Origin: the human T2T-CHM13v2.0 reference genome, Homo sapiens
Assembly (NCBI RefSeq): GCF_009914755.1
Contig: NC_060937.1
Length of the DNA: 64,000 nucleotides
Reading direction: 5' to 3' (one strand)
Below the pieces are notes generated by a model. It was not told the origin of the DNA. It worked only from the letters and a program-made list of their open reading frames with translations, and searched no databases. Position numbers and translations under genes: made by a program. Positions 26,870-48,100 of this stretch are shown here, piece by piece; the first letter of the stretch is position 1; the number at the start of each line of letters is the position of its first letter.

Positions 26870-28480
26870 CCTCCCATTTGTAAAAGAGACACAACGGGAG
26901 GCACACAGGGTTCACTATCCCAGAGCAGCTCTGAACACACGTTGGTACGGCTAAGTTGTTCCACTGTCTAAGTGATTTTTCATGGCTCTGGACTCTACCA
27001 TCTGGACTTTTGATTCTGCCCTCTTTGTCTACTTTCCTTTTTTATAAAAGTTTTGAATCCTAAGAGTGTTCTTAGCCTGTTTTCTGCCTGCAGAAGTTTG
27101 GTTGTCTCAAGATCTCCTTTCAGTTAGTATTATCTCTGACTGTTTTAGTCTAAGCTGACTGTTTCTGCTAATATAATTATCTTAAAAAGTTTGTGAGTCT
27201 GCTATGAATATTACTGGATTCACTCCATTAGATAAAAGCCACATCAAAAAAATCACTTCAAAATAAAGCCTTTCTCTACCTTGGGCTTCCACTGAGGTTA
27301 CTGAGGGACAACAACTTTATGTTTCCTAGAATCCTATTGATTACCAGTCATTTAAGACACTGCCTTAGATTTTTCTGGTCTTAACCCAAGGATTTTAGTC
27401 ACACCTTTAGCTTCACCATTAGACCATATTTTCCTGTTAGTGTCTGAACAGGATCATTGCCTAGAAGTCATTTCTTAATTTTGGTATTATTTACCATCTG
27501 GAGAGGCTTGGACTTTTCAAACCTCTAACAAGTCCTACCTCCTTTACATTTAGCAATTGGTTTATATTGAAATCTTTAGCTTATCCTTCTACTCTTACAC
27601 TTTACCAGAAGAGTGAGAAGAAGATAGGTAGCATCTTCAAAACTCTACCTGGAAATCTGGAAATCTCCTTAGCTAGATTTTTAAGTTCATAAGTTACAAT
27701 CTATACGTTTCATATTATAGAAGGTAACATTGTTGCTCAATTTTCTGCTATTCATTAACAAGAATTCACTTCCCATTAGTTTCCTCAGCTTCCTTTAAGC
27801 CTTCACTGACAGCTTCTTCATAAAGCTTCTTCTGGAAGTCTCTTTGAAGCTCCTTAGGCTTTCAGTAATGCTTTCCTCAAGTTCCTTACAGCTTCCACTC
27901 ATTGCCTGGCTTCAAAGCCACTCTTACAGGATAAGTTTTTTATTATGGTATTAATAGCACCCTCTTCCAAGTACCAAAATCTGCATTAGTTATATGTTGC
28001 TGAATAACAAATCACTCTAACGCTTAGATGCTGAAAACTACAACAATTATTTATGATCTAATGGTTTCTGTGGGTCAGAAATTTGAGAACAGCTTGGCTG
28101 AGTGATCCAGTCTTGGAGCCTCTCATGAGTTTGCAGTCAGATTTGGTTAGTTCTACACATCTGAAGGCTTGATGGAGGATGGAGAACCCTTTTCTGAGAT
28201 GAAGTGATTACTCACATGGCTGACGAGTTGATGCTGGCTGTTTGCAGGCCTCAGTTCCTCCCCATGTGAACCTCTGGACGGGGCTGCTTAAATGTCCTCA
28301 TGGCATAGCTGGCTTCCCCCTCGATGAGCAATCCAAGAGCCCAGGGAAGAATCTGCAGTATCCTTTATGACCAAGACTCAGAAGTCACACACTTCGCTTC
28401 CTCAGTATTTTACTGGTCAGCCCTGATTCACTGGTGTGAGGATCACTGGAGAGCCACCATCTTGGAAGTTAGCTCCTGTG
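26870..28480 (-). mobile_element. MLT1 (G/H-like) MaLR LTR (about 27981-28480) with attached internal region
   Basis: Internal/LTR junction ccaagtaccaaaatc|tgcattagttat; LTR motifs tttctgtgggtcagaaatttg and gaagtcacacac. Confidence 0.7.
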
Positions 28481-28549
28481 CACCTTGACCTATGTTCTAT
28501 TTTTCCTTTTGGTGGAAAGGTGCTTTTGCAATTACAGTAAGAGTGGCAT

Positions 28550-28780
28550 TAATGATAGCAGCAATAGCAATGCCTATCATTTGTTGGGTGTTTATTATAT
28601 GTTAGGCAATATGATAAGCATTTTAGATGCAATTTCTTTTCTATCATTGTAATGAATAGATGGTTTTATCCTCATTTTTCATGTGAGAAAACTGAAATTC
28701 AAAGAGTTTGAGTCTTTCTTGAGATTATACACTTGCTAGTAATTATACAAAATGCAGATCTGTAATACAGTTCTGAAATG
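28550..28780 (-). mobile_element. MIR remnant
   Basis: atcctcatttttcatgtgagaaaactgaaattcaaagag. Confidence 0.6.
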
Positions 28781-30127
28781 TGCCACTTCTCTTGCTTTGT
28801 TTAATTGTGTCTTTCTTTTCTCCTTTGGGAGAGCTGTAGCCCTAATACTACAGAGTTGTGTTTAAAGAGGTTTGTCCCAGTGTGAAGAAAGCTTGATAAA
28901 AAACAGCTGCTGTTTGTTTATGTTTCCAAGCAAGGTGAGAGAGGAAGAATTGCTTCTCAGCCATGTGAACAAAGCAAACCACCTCTCTAACAAAGTATCT
29001 GTGAAAGGAGAAACTGTAAAAACAACTAGGAAGAACTATGGTAAAATTAAAAAAAAAATGAGCCCAAACAATATATTGCCCTGTACATATAAATGTACCA
29101 GAGAAAAACTTCAAATATGAAATTATAAGGAAAACATGGCCCTTGAATAAAAACACTGAATCATTCTGCTTGATGTGTTTTGCTTTCATTTAGTTTTTTC
29201 TTCCCATAGCACTTACTCTCACCTCTATTCCGGTCCTGTTACCCACTTTATCTTAGGCTGTGGTTATCAGTGAGCCACAGTGCTCCAGCAGATTGTCAGC
29301 CCTGGTAGGGACTACTCCTTCTTTGTTTCTGAATTTTCCAGAACACCTTGTGAAGTGTCTTGACAATGGTAGGCATCTGTGAATGCGTATTGAATTGGAT
29401 TAATATACATTTACTTTCTTAACTTCTTTACTGGTTGCCTGGAATGTCAAGAACGTTTGACAATGTTGGATGGATCTTTATCAATATAATAGTAAAACTT
29501 AAAACGCTATGATTTTAGTTGATTGAGATATTTTTGTAACATTACAGAGTCATTAAAAGGAGAATCAATACAAAAAGGGAAAATGGCAAAACAAACTTAA
29601 TTCTTCAAGTTTCATCAAAATGAGAATATCTGGTTTTTTCAAAGGATTTATCTTTTAAAAGAAAAATGATATTATTTTGAAAGAACAACACATCTTTTAA
29701 AAGTTCAGCAGCAGCACAATCTTTTTTGTTGTTCGAATAGAAATTTTCATCTTTTTTTTGGGCAAAATCTTGTCAGAATATAATGATAAAAATGAAAGAA
29801 ATGAGTCCACTTCAGCTTCTTTGCATGAGATTTGAATATTTGATCTTAGGTTTTTATTAAAAAATGTTTATTAGCTTCTGGATTTATTTAAATTAATTTC
29901 CCTATTAGGATTTTATTCATTTAGAAGAGTCTTTGATCTGCCATACAAAACATTTATTCCACCTGCATGAGAGGAGTGTTTTTGTAGAGGACATACAATA
30001 ACAGACCAAGTTTTCTATCTGACACAGGCCCTTTGAAAGTGAAGATATTTATATAGATTGGGAAAACAGCCATAGCTCTGTCTTAATGTAAGCCTATTCC
30101 TGAGCTGAAGAACTTTTATTTACCATA

Positions 30128-31781
30128 ACAGCTTTGTTGAGATATAATTCGTGTACTATATGCAATTCACAATTTAAAGGATACAATTTAGTGGTTTTTA
30201 GTATATTCACAGAATTATGCAAATATCACTGCAATTTTATAACATTTTCACAGTCCCAAAAAGAAAGAAATCTTGTATCCATTAGCAGCCACTCCCTCAA
30301 GCCCCAGTTCTGGGAAACCATTAAGCCATTTTGTCTCTATTTTGGGCATTTCGTGTAATGGAATCATATAATATGTGGCCTTTCAAACTTCATCCACATT
30401 TCAGCATGTATCAGTACTTCACTCCTTTTTATAGCTGAAAAATATTCCAGTGTATAGGTAATCCACTTTGTTTATCCATTCATCAGTTGAAGTATATTTG
30501 CATTCTTTCCAACTTTTGTCTCTTATGAATAATGTCAAATTTATGTGCAAGTTTTATGTAAACATATCTTTTCATTGGAATATACCTAGAAGGAGGATTG
30601 CTTGGTCACATTGCACCTCTGTATTTAATCTTCCAAGAAACTGCCAGGCTGTTTTCCAAAGTGGCTGCACCATTTTACATTCCCACCAGCTATATGTGGA
30701 GGGCTCCAGTTTCTCCATATCCTCACCAACACTTGTTATTGTCTGTCTTTTTAATTATAGCTGTCCTAATGAGTGTGTCATGGTATCTGATTGTGGCATT
30801 GATTTGCACTTTTTCTGATGGCTGAAAATGCTGTGCATTTTGTCATGTGTTGCTGGCCAGTTAGTTGTACATGTTCTTGGGGGAGATACCTATTCAATTT
30901 ATTTGCTAATTTTAAAATTTGGTTATTTTTCTTTTCATTGTTGTGTTGGAATAGGTATTTATACATGTTGGATATTAGACACTTATTTGCAAATATTTTA
31001 TCCCATTCTTAGGGTTTTTTTCTCTTTTTTGATAGTGTCCTTTGAAGCACAAAAACTTTCAGTTTTGATGAAATTCAACTTAACTAAATTTTTCTTTTGT
31101 TACTTATGCTTTTCATGTCATAGCTAAGAAACCATTGGCTAATCTGGTGTCATCAAGATTTATACCTATTTTTCCCCAAGAGTTTTGTAGTTTTTTCACA
31201 CACCTTGAAGCTTTTAATTCATTTTGAATTTTTAAAATATAGATGAATAGGGGTCTAGCTTTCTTTGGAATAAGTATATTTAACACCATTTGTTGAAAAA
31301 CCTCTTCTTTATCCAATGAATGGTCTTGGCAACCTTGATGAAATTTAGTTCACCACAAATATTGGGTTTATTTCTGGAATGTTAATTCTGTTCTACTTAG
31401 CTATATGTCTATCTTTATGCTAGTACCACACTGTCTTGATTATTGTAGCTTTACACTAAGCTTTGAAATGGGGGAGTATGAGCCCTCCAACTTTGTTCTT
31501 ATTTTTCAAGATTATTTTGGCTATTCTTTGTCTTTTGAATTTCTATATGAATTTTAGGATTAGCTTGTTAATTTCTGCAGATAAGCCATGTGGCATTTTA
31601 CATAGGAATTGCATTGAATCGGTAGATCAATTTGGGGAGTATTGCCATCTTAACAATATTAAGACTTCCAATCCATGAACATGGGATGCTTTCTAATTAT
31701 TTATATATTCTTAAATTATTTCAACAATATTATATAGTTTTCAGAGTAAAAGATTTATACTTCTTTTGTTAAATTTATACC
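30128..31781 (-). mobile_element. L1MB-like element, 3' part (continues at 45128)
   Basis: cagctttgttgagatataattc 3' end; breaks at gttaaattt-atacc. Confidence 0.88.
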
Positions 31782-32024
31782 TGTTGTAGCTGCTCTGTGG
31801 ACATAGGTGGATTCGTATCTCAATTTTGTTTGGATTCTCATTTAGTATTAGGAAAATATTTAGGTAATTTGAATTTGTAGTAAAGCAAAGTGGAATATTA
31901 TAGAGTGGCCTTTTTATAAAGTAGTTTGGTATGAGTTAAAATTAATACAGAGGAAAAAAACCCCAAACTACTCTACTTTGGTTCTTACATTAATTGGAAC
32001 TTTAGCAATGAGGTGATTCCATGG

Positions 32025-32700
<676 letters not shown>

Positions 32701-33217
32701 TGCTTTATTACTGACATAAATAAAGCAGGGCAGTCCTCTCAAGCAGATTGAAAATGTCTTGAGAGAGCACTGAAAGGAGATTGGCTTGGAGTTTTTATTG
32801 AGGTTAGGGTATAGGGTGGGGCAAGGGTTTCTGTACATAAACAGGAACTTGCCTGGTTTGACTTTCCCACAAGCACCAGAGGAGGGAGCATCTAGGCTTT
32901 GTGATCAGTCCAGATGTGGGCCATAAGGGGAAATGAGAGCAGTGAGGCTGAAAAAGATGACAGCTTCAAACATCAAACACAGGAGTCTTACTATTACAAT
33001 TCACCCTGATGTCTAACTGACGACTAAAACATACTATATATTATTTTATTGAATTTGAGCTTGTTTAGTAAGCCCTTATGGTGCTCTATGAGGCTTATAG
33101 CCTGAGGCCAATAAGGAAGACAAACATTCCATTGAATCCCTTGTTCAAGAGCCCAGCATTGTGTGTTCTGGGAAGCAAAACGTTTCTTGTACTATCAGTG
33201 TCTGGAACTCCAAAGTG

Positions 33218-33297
33218 TTAGGTTGGTGCAAAAGTAATTGCAGTTTTTACCATTCAAAGTAATGGCAAAAACTGCAATTACTTTTGCACCAACCTAA
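33218..33297. mobile_element. MADE1 (Hsmar1-derived MITE), full 80 bp
   Basis: 37-bp inverted arms ttaggttggtgcaaaagtaattgc... with a 6-nt spacer; TG/TA flanks. Confidence 0.96.
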
Positions 33298-33416
33298 TAG
33301 ATAAGGAGTGTCTTGATGAGACCTTATATTGTGGCTTGGGCATGTGTAGAGATATGTGTGACTTTAATTTATATTTTGGGTATCTGTAGGGCGAGAGATT
33401 ACCAGAGGTTTGGTTA

Positions 33417-33448
<32 letters not shown>

Positions 33449-33627
33449 ACCCCAAGTGTGGCAACCTTGAACGAGAAATTGTTGTGGTCTTTGACTAGAC
33501 CAGAGTGTCAGACTACTGGCAATGACCCAAGAATATAAAAATATGCAGATGGAATCAACTTTTGGCCGGAGTATCCAGTGTTACACGACTGCCTGAAGTT
33601 TGTCCGATTGTGGTGACCCTTGGTTTC

Positions 33628-33978
33628 AGTTATGGACTGACTGTTTGTGTCTCCCTAAAATTCATATGTTGAAGTTCTAACCCCCAATGTGATAGGAGTT
33701 GAGGCTTCAGGAAGCAATTAGTTTTAGATGAGGTCATGAGGATGAAGCCCCCATGGTGGGAGTACAAGAAGAAACACTTGAGTTTCCTCTTCTGCTGTGT
33801 GAGGACACAGCAATAAAGCTGCCATCTGCAAGCTAGAAAGAGGGCCTTTACTGGAACCTGACCATGCTGGCACCCTGATATTGGACTTCTAGCCTGCAGC
33901 ACTGTGAGAAATAAATGTCTGTTGTTTAAGCCACCCAGTCTGTGGCATTTTGTTATGACGGCCTGAGCTGACTAAGAT
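33628..33978 (+). mobile_element. MLT1A-like MaLR solo LTR
   Basis: ttatggactgactgtttgtgtctccctaaaattcatatgttgaag...ctgagctgactaagata. Confidence 0.88.
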
Positions 33979-36133
33979 AGGTCCCATCTTGTATCAGCAA
34001 CATATTGATTAGGGGATGAAAAGTAGCAGCTCTCCAGTGAGCTCCGTCATGCCTGATGGTGATATTTTCATCTGTAAAATGTATGAACTCCCATTGCTGT
34101 TGATTAGTTGATTGCAAGTGGCTCCTTACATAGCCAAATCTTAAAGGGGTGACCTCCTCCAGCACTGTGGCATCAGGCAAAGGTCTGAGGAAAGGGGAGG
34201 CCCTCCTTTCATCCTCCTACAACTTGGCAGATAGAATATGCGAGAGGGCCCACGTTTGGCCCTGTCCTGTAGCAAAGAGGCCTCAATAGCTATGCCAAGC
34301 TTGCAGGGTGCCACTTGTATGACTCAAGGCATAATGGAGACCTGGGTATGGAGGGTCACGGGTTCAGAGAACAGAAGTTTCTCTTCTCAGGAGAGATCAG
34401 CACATGGCCAGAATTTGGTATTCTTATATTGTATACAGCAGGGCCAAGGGGGTTCAGTTTCTTGTATCAGAAGTCCAGGGGTAACTTATAGCCATTATAA
34501 GTGGTCTAGAGACTCCAGGAAGCATGAGAGGAGGTTACTAAAGCTTTTATAGTGAGGAGTCTCTGAGGGAACTAAAGGAAATGCATGTTGATTGCAGTTT
34601 GGACAGATTCTAGAGGCGGTTGTTGGAGGGAAGCCCATTGAAGATGGGCTTCAATAAAAATTTACAAAGGAAGGATATTTTGCTTCCTGAACCCAAAAAA
34701 GCCTAAAAGACCCTGGGCTTCCCTTACTATTTTTGGTGCTGATACAATCATTAGCTATTTCTTAAGAGTCAGGGGATGGAGTTCCCTGCAGTTTACCAGG
34801 TAATTTTCAGGAATTTAGCATGGTGGCAAGACGTTGTACTATGCACAAGGCAATGGCCCATTTCTCTTCTGTGAACTCCTTGGTGAGTTTTTATTTGTAT
34901 GTCCTGAACGAGTGTGTCGAATGTCGAATGAATGCCTTCAGAAGAGAATGTCATCAATATAATGTCATGCCTGTACTCTTGGAGAAAGTTGAGTGCAGTT
35001 AAGACCTTCCCTGCAAAGGCTTGTGTATGATGGCAAGGCTGTTGGGGTACCCTGTGGGTGGCCACCAGCTAAAGATAGGTTGTATTCCTTTAGAGGTAAA
35101 GGAAAGTTTTGACTAAGAAGCTGTTGAAGTGGGAGCTGAATGGAACATATTAGCCAAATCTATAATAGCAAAATACGTTGCAGTTGCTGATTAGATGGAG
35201 TCAGTCAATTCAATAATATAATGTCTGGGGGCCTTACTGGGTAGCACTATGGCATTAAGGTTACATAATCCACTGTGTAGTGTCATTCATTCCAAATTTA
35301 AGAACAGGCCAAATTGAGTTCTTATATGAAGGAACAATGGAGGCATGTGATGGATTTCAGTACTTGTAAGTTTCTGTTTAAATTTACATTGAGCCATACT
35401 AACTGGTTTTACTAGGGGTATGGTCCATGGGGTCTCATTTTGCCAAGCCAATTTTGTATATGTCAAAATCTTAATTATATTTAAATGTATTGATCATTAG
35501 GCCAGAGTGTCCATGCTCACTATGGGATATTTTAGGACAATGAATGCTATGATACTGGAAAATTTAGACAATAATTCCTGCAGTTAAGGTGAAACATACT
35601 TATGTGCCCTCTATTTTTTGTTCAGTAACTCCCCTAAGATTATAGCATGTTAATCTGTAAATGAAAGACTTATAAATTAGATCTATATTATAGATTATAA
35701 TTATAAGGGGTAATTTGTTTAAATTTAATGAGATCCCAGGAATAAATGTAGTTTGAGCCTCAGTGTTAAGGCCATGAAGATTTGCCTGTTGGTGCATTCA
35801 AATTGTGTTAAAGTTAATTCAGAACCTATGTTGCAGAAGTACAAAAGCCAGTTAGTGCCCTTTTAAATCTTACGTTGTATAAATTCTTTTAGTAAATTTT
35901 GGATTTCAAATTGGGTCCAACTGTGGGCCTCTGTTTCACTTTTTTGTTTCCTGTCTCATATCTGGTTGCTTTCTCCATCTCTTTCTTCTTCCCTCCACCC
36001 TCCTTAAAAAAAAAAACAAAACAACTGTTGTTGTTACTGAGCATTCTCTCTACTTTGCTTAGATTTATAAGTTCCATCCTCCAGAGAGGTTCAAATCAGT
36101 ATTGTCAGGGTTAGGGGCTCCTCCATGCAATGG

Positions 36134-36489
<356 letters not shown>

Positions 36490-36894
36490 TCAGAGGTTAC
36501 TTTATAGGGTTTAAGAACACTGGGTTTAACTAGTGATATGGTTTGGATGTGTGTCCCTCCAGATCTCATGTTAATGTGATCCCTAATGTTGGAGGTGGGG
36601 CTAATGGTGTTGGATCATGTGGGTGGATCCCTCATGTATGGCTTAGTGCCATCCCCTTGGTGATGAATGAATTCTTGCTCAGTTCGTTCATGCAAGGAGA
36701 TGCAGTTGTTCAAAAGAATCTGGGACCTCTCCCTTCTTTCTCTCTTTCTCCCTTTCTTGCCATGTGACATGCAGGCTTCCCTTTACCTTCCACCATGAGT
36801 GGAAGCTTCCTGACATCTCACTAGAAGCAGAGGGTGATACCATGTTTCTCATACAGCTAGAAGAACCATGAGCAAAAGTAAACCTCTTTTCTTT

Positions 36895-42880
<5,986 letters not shown>

Positions 42881-43707
42881 CTTTTGTTTGTAAATTACCC
42901 ACACTCAGGTATTTATTTATAGTGACACAATCAGACTAATACAAGTAGAGTCTGAATTAACCTCTTCAGTGTGCCACAAGGGTGCCATGGGTGTTTTTCT
43001 CTATAAGCTTGAGGGTCAGGATTTTTGTGGCTACAGAGGTCTAGGCAACAGCAACTAAGATATTTAAGGTCCTGTGGAGTTGTCTGCTTCTAAGGAATGC
43101 CGATCTCAGTACTCCACATTATGGCCTTTGTTTCTTTTTCCTTTTTTTCCATTAATGACCACTCTTTCATGAGCTTTTGCCCAGTAGGCTTATATCTTCA
43201 CATGATCCAGTCTTCCCCTTAGTGCTCTATAGATCTGGAGCCAATACCTAGTTGAGACACATAACCAGTTGTCACAGGGTAATCTTTCCTTGAGCCTAGC
43301 ATAAGTCACAACTTCATTCTTAGAAATACAGATAGGTCCAGACTGAGACACATGCCTAGGGCCAGCTTAAGAAAGCCCTACCCCAATCTCATAATCTTAT
43401 TCCAAAATCAATTAATCATTGAATCTTCCAATTTAGTTCAGCATTATCTGTAACAGAAGCTCTGTAGGACTCAACAGTGCAGCACAGAGCAGCACAGCTC
43501 AAAGCACAAGAAGCCAAGAAGGAACAGTGCAGAGTACATGCTTGCTAGAAGGCAGCAGAGCCTGTTAACAAGCCAAAGCCTGAGGAAAGACCCCGGTGGA
43601 GGTGGTCATTGTCTCAGCATCCTGATCCGGCACCTGTTGTTGTAGCCACCCTGAAGAGGTAAGATGAACCTCAGCCAAAAATTTGGTTTAGATGTCAAGA
43701 GTGATTA

Positions 43708-44425
43708 TGATAGCAGCAGGAGGCAGTCAAATGCCTAGGCAGATAGGGTTGGGTTCCCAGTGAAACCACACCTTCAAGCCAAAGCCAATTTAAAGCCTGA
43801 AAGCCAAGCTACAAGTCAAACCCATGGAATGGACTGAGAACCTCTCTTTCTGTTTGGTGTGCGTTCCTCTGATTGATTCTAACCCTTCACCCATTTTACA
43901 TATTCCTACTCTTCCCTAATTGTTTTTTTACACTGTCATGCCCACCTTTACATGGTGCCTTTGTTTTAGCCTTTTTTTTGCATACTAACAAACCAATCAG
44001 CATGTACTCACCCATTCTAAGCCCATACAAGTCCCAGACCCAGCCACGCTGGGTGGGTGACCACTTGACTTTGGGTAGGGACCACCCTCGCATCCCCTCT
44101 CTGCTGAGAGCTATTCTTTCACTCAATAAAATTCTTCTTCACCCACCTCACCCTTCGATTGTCAGAGTAACCTTATTCATCTTGGATGTGGGACAAGAAC
44201 TTCGGAACCTCTGAATGCGGGTACGAGCTGGGCCAGGGGCACACCTGGCCCAGTTGTAGGCTGAGCATGGGATCCAGGCTGGTGCACAAGCCAGGCATGG
44301 CCCCGCCAGACGAGTGGATGGGGCACCTTCTGCAACAGGCCCAGGGCCAAGTGAGGCCCTGGGCAGAGACGTCATTGGCCATGACGTCATTGGCCATGGC
44401 AAAGTGACAGAAAAATCATGTATCA
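43708..44425 (+). mobile_element. MER50-like ERV1 solo LTR inserted in the 5' LTR of the provirus
   Basis: tgatagcagcaggaggcagtcaaatgcctaggcagatagg start, aataaa signal, tatca end, 4-bp TSD atta. Confidence 0.85.
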
Positions 44426-44802
44426 ATTATTCCACACACAAAGCAAGAGGGTTTGAAAAGTTTTATGACTTACATAATTGAAGTCTCTGGGAAGAGAGGA
44501 CTGGCCTCTCATACATTTGAAATGGCTTGAGAGCACAAGGAAAGAATGCTGGCTCAGGATTTTTATTATCATTATGGAGTGGGGCAAGTGTAAGTGTTCT
44601 CATGCAAGTGGGACGGAGTTTGTGAGGTTTTGATCTAAATTACCACCCTCACTCCTGTCCCACTTCCTAGCATCAAAAGAGGGTGCATTGGGCTTTCTTA
44701 ACAGCTTTCCCCGATATGGGGCCAAAGGAGTGGGGATTGAGGCTAAAAGCTGTTAGCAGTCAAAGTGAAAACAAACAAACAAACAAAAAACTATGGAGTA
44801 TT

Positions 44803-45102
<300 letters not shown>

Positions 45103-45127
45103 CTATGGAGTCTGATCGTTTATGATA

Positions 45128-48100
45128 ATTCCTAAGTATTTTATTCCTTTTGGTCTACTGTAAATACAAATTGTTATCTTAATTTTATTTTTTGATGATT
45201 TATTGTGAATGTGTAGAAATACAGTTGATTTCTGTATGTTGAATTGTATTCTGTAAACTTGCTAAACTCATTTATTAGTTATAATAGTTTTTTAGTGGAT
45301 TTCTTGGGATTTTCTATATATAAGATCATGTCATCTGCAAAGAGAAAGTTTTCCTTTTTGTTTCCAATCTGTACATTTCTTATTTTATTTTCTTGCCTAA
45401 TTTCTCTGGCTAGCACCTTCCATACAATGTTAAACAGAAATTGTGAGAGCAGACAACCTTTTCTTGTTTTTAATCTTAGAGGGGAAGGATTCAGTCTTTT
45501 ACTGTATTAGCTGTAGGTTTTTCCAATAAGCCCTTATAAGATTGAATATATTTTCTTTAATTACCAGTTTAAATGTTTTTATCATGTGGTTTATCTGAAT
45601 CAATTAAGAAGATCATATGGTTTTTCTTTATTAATATGGTATAGTACATGGATTAATTATGTATGTAAAACCGATCTTGCATTCCTAGCATAAATATCAC
45701 TTGATCATGGTATATAATATTTTGTATATGTTGCCAGCTTCAGTGCGCAGTATCTTGGTGAGGATTTTGAATCTATAAGAGTTATTGATTTATAGTTTTC
45801 TTGAGATGTCTTTATCTGGTTTTAGCATCAAGATTATACTGGACTTATAGAATGAGTTTAGAAGTATTCCCTCTTCTTTTTTTGGGTGGGGGGTGTAATT
45901 TGTGAATAATTCGTATTAATTCTTCTTTAAATGTTTGATAGAATTCACTAATGACATCTGTGCCTGGATTTTTCTTTGTGGGAATTTTTTTTTTTATTTC
46001 TAATTCAATCTCTCTTTTAGATTTTCAGAGTTTCTATTTCTTCTTGATTCAGCTTTTATAGTTTGTATTTCTGTGGAATTTGTCCATTTCACTAGGTTGT
46101 CTAATTTGTTGAGATGCAGTTGTTCATAGTACAATATTCCCATATGATCCTGCAAAATAAGTGGTGATGTTCCCTCTTTCATTCCTAATTTTAGTAATTT
46201 GAGCCTTCTGTTTTTCTTGGCTGGCTCAGCTAAAGGTTTGTCAAATTTATTGATAATTCAAAGAACTAGGATTTTGTTTTCATTGGCTTTCTCTCCTGTT
46301 TTTCTATTCTCTGTTTTATTTATTTTCACTGTAATCTTTATTATTTCTTTTCTTCTTTTGGTTTAAGTTTAGTTTGCTCTTCTTTCTTCAGTGTTTTAAA
46401 GTCAAAAATTACTTTATTGAATTGACATCTATCTTCTTTTTTAATGTAGGCATTTACAGTTATAATTTTCCTTTTAAGCATTGCTTTAGCTGCTTCCCGT
46501 AAGCTTTGGTATGTCATTCATTTTTATTCATCTTAGTATTTTCTAATTCCCCTTTCAATTTTATCTTTGACCCAGTGGTTATTTATGTGTGTTCATATAT
46601 TTGAGAATTACCCAAATTTCCTTGTTATTGATTTTTAATTTCATTCTGTTATGACCACAGAACATACTTTATATCATTTCAATCCTTTTTAATTTATTAA
46701 TGCTTGTTTTATGGCCTAAGATATAGTTTATCCTGGAGAATATTCTATGTGCACTTGAGAAAAATATGTATTCTGCTTCTCTTGGGTGGAATGTTTTATA
46801 GAGGTCTGTTAGGTTTAGTTAGTGTTCAGATCTTCTATTTTCTTGTTTATCTTCTGCCTCATTGTTCTATTATTGAAAGTGAGGTATTGAAGTCTCGAAC
46901 TATTATTTTGAATTGTTTATTTCTCCTGTCAATTCTGTTCATTTTTGCTTGATGTAATTTGGGTATCTGTTGTTAGGTGTATATACGTTTATAATTATTG
47001 TATCTTCCTAATGCATTGACCTTTTTATCATTGTGAACTATCCCTCTTCATTCTGGGTTGACAGTTGTTTTTCTCTTTACCTTTCTACACTTCTTACTAT
47101 GGTGTATCTAGGTGTGGATCTCTTTACATTTACCTTATTTGGTTTTCCTTGATCTTCTGATGTATACATTAATAATTTAAATAAATTTTCAAAGATTTGG
47201 ACTATGTAAATTTTTTTTCTGCTTCTGAAACATCCATTCTCTGTATGATGTTGCACTTAATGATGGTCCACATCTCTCTGAGGCTCCACTTATTTTTCTT
47301 CATTTCTTTGTGCTGTGTTCCTTGGATTGTGTAGTATGTATTGATCTATCTTCAAGTTCACTTTTTTTTTTCCTGCCACTGCAAATCTGTTGTAGAGCCC
47401 CTTTAGTTAATATTTCATTTTAGTTATTTTGCTTTTTTAACACTAAACTTTCCATTTGGTTTTTATAATTTCTCTCTTTATTGTTATTTTCTATTTGATG
47501 AAATATTGTCGTCATAGCTCCTTTACTTCTTTAAGCATAGTTTCCTTAGTTATTTTATTATATTTATAATAGCTCTTTTGAAGTTTTTGACTGCTGGGTC
47601 TTTTCATAGGCAGTTTCTGTTGCCTGCTTTTTTCTAGTATCTGAATCACCCTTTTCTGTATTTTTTTCTTTTGTGTGTCTCATTTTATTTTTGTTGTAAT
47701 GAAACTTTTAGATAATTATGTAGCATCCTTGACTACTAATTATCTCTCTTCCTCTGTGGGGCTTGTTGTTTGCTTATTTATTTGTTTAACAACTTGGTTG
47801 ATCTACTTTAATGAAGCCTATTTCCCTTGCACTGTGAATTCACTAATGTTGCTCCACAGAAGACATAGCCTTGGGCATGTACACAATCACACTAAGAATG
47901 TTTTAGCAGGGCTGTCTCTCCCGGATCTGTGTTACATTGTCTTCCTCCCTTTGGTATCACATTCAGCTGTCAGGTTCCACTAATTACTGACTGATTGCTC
48001 TATAATTTTCTACAGTGTCCTGGGGCATACATTATTCCACAGTCTGATCCAGTTAAATTCAAGCTCCTTTTCAAGGGTAGTTTTTAAAGCCACTCTTTGA

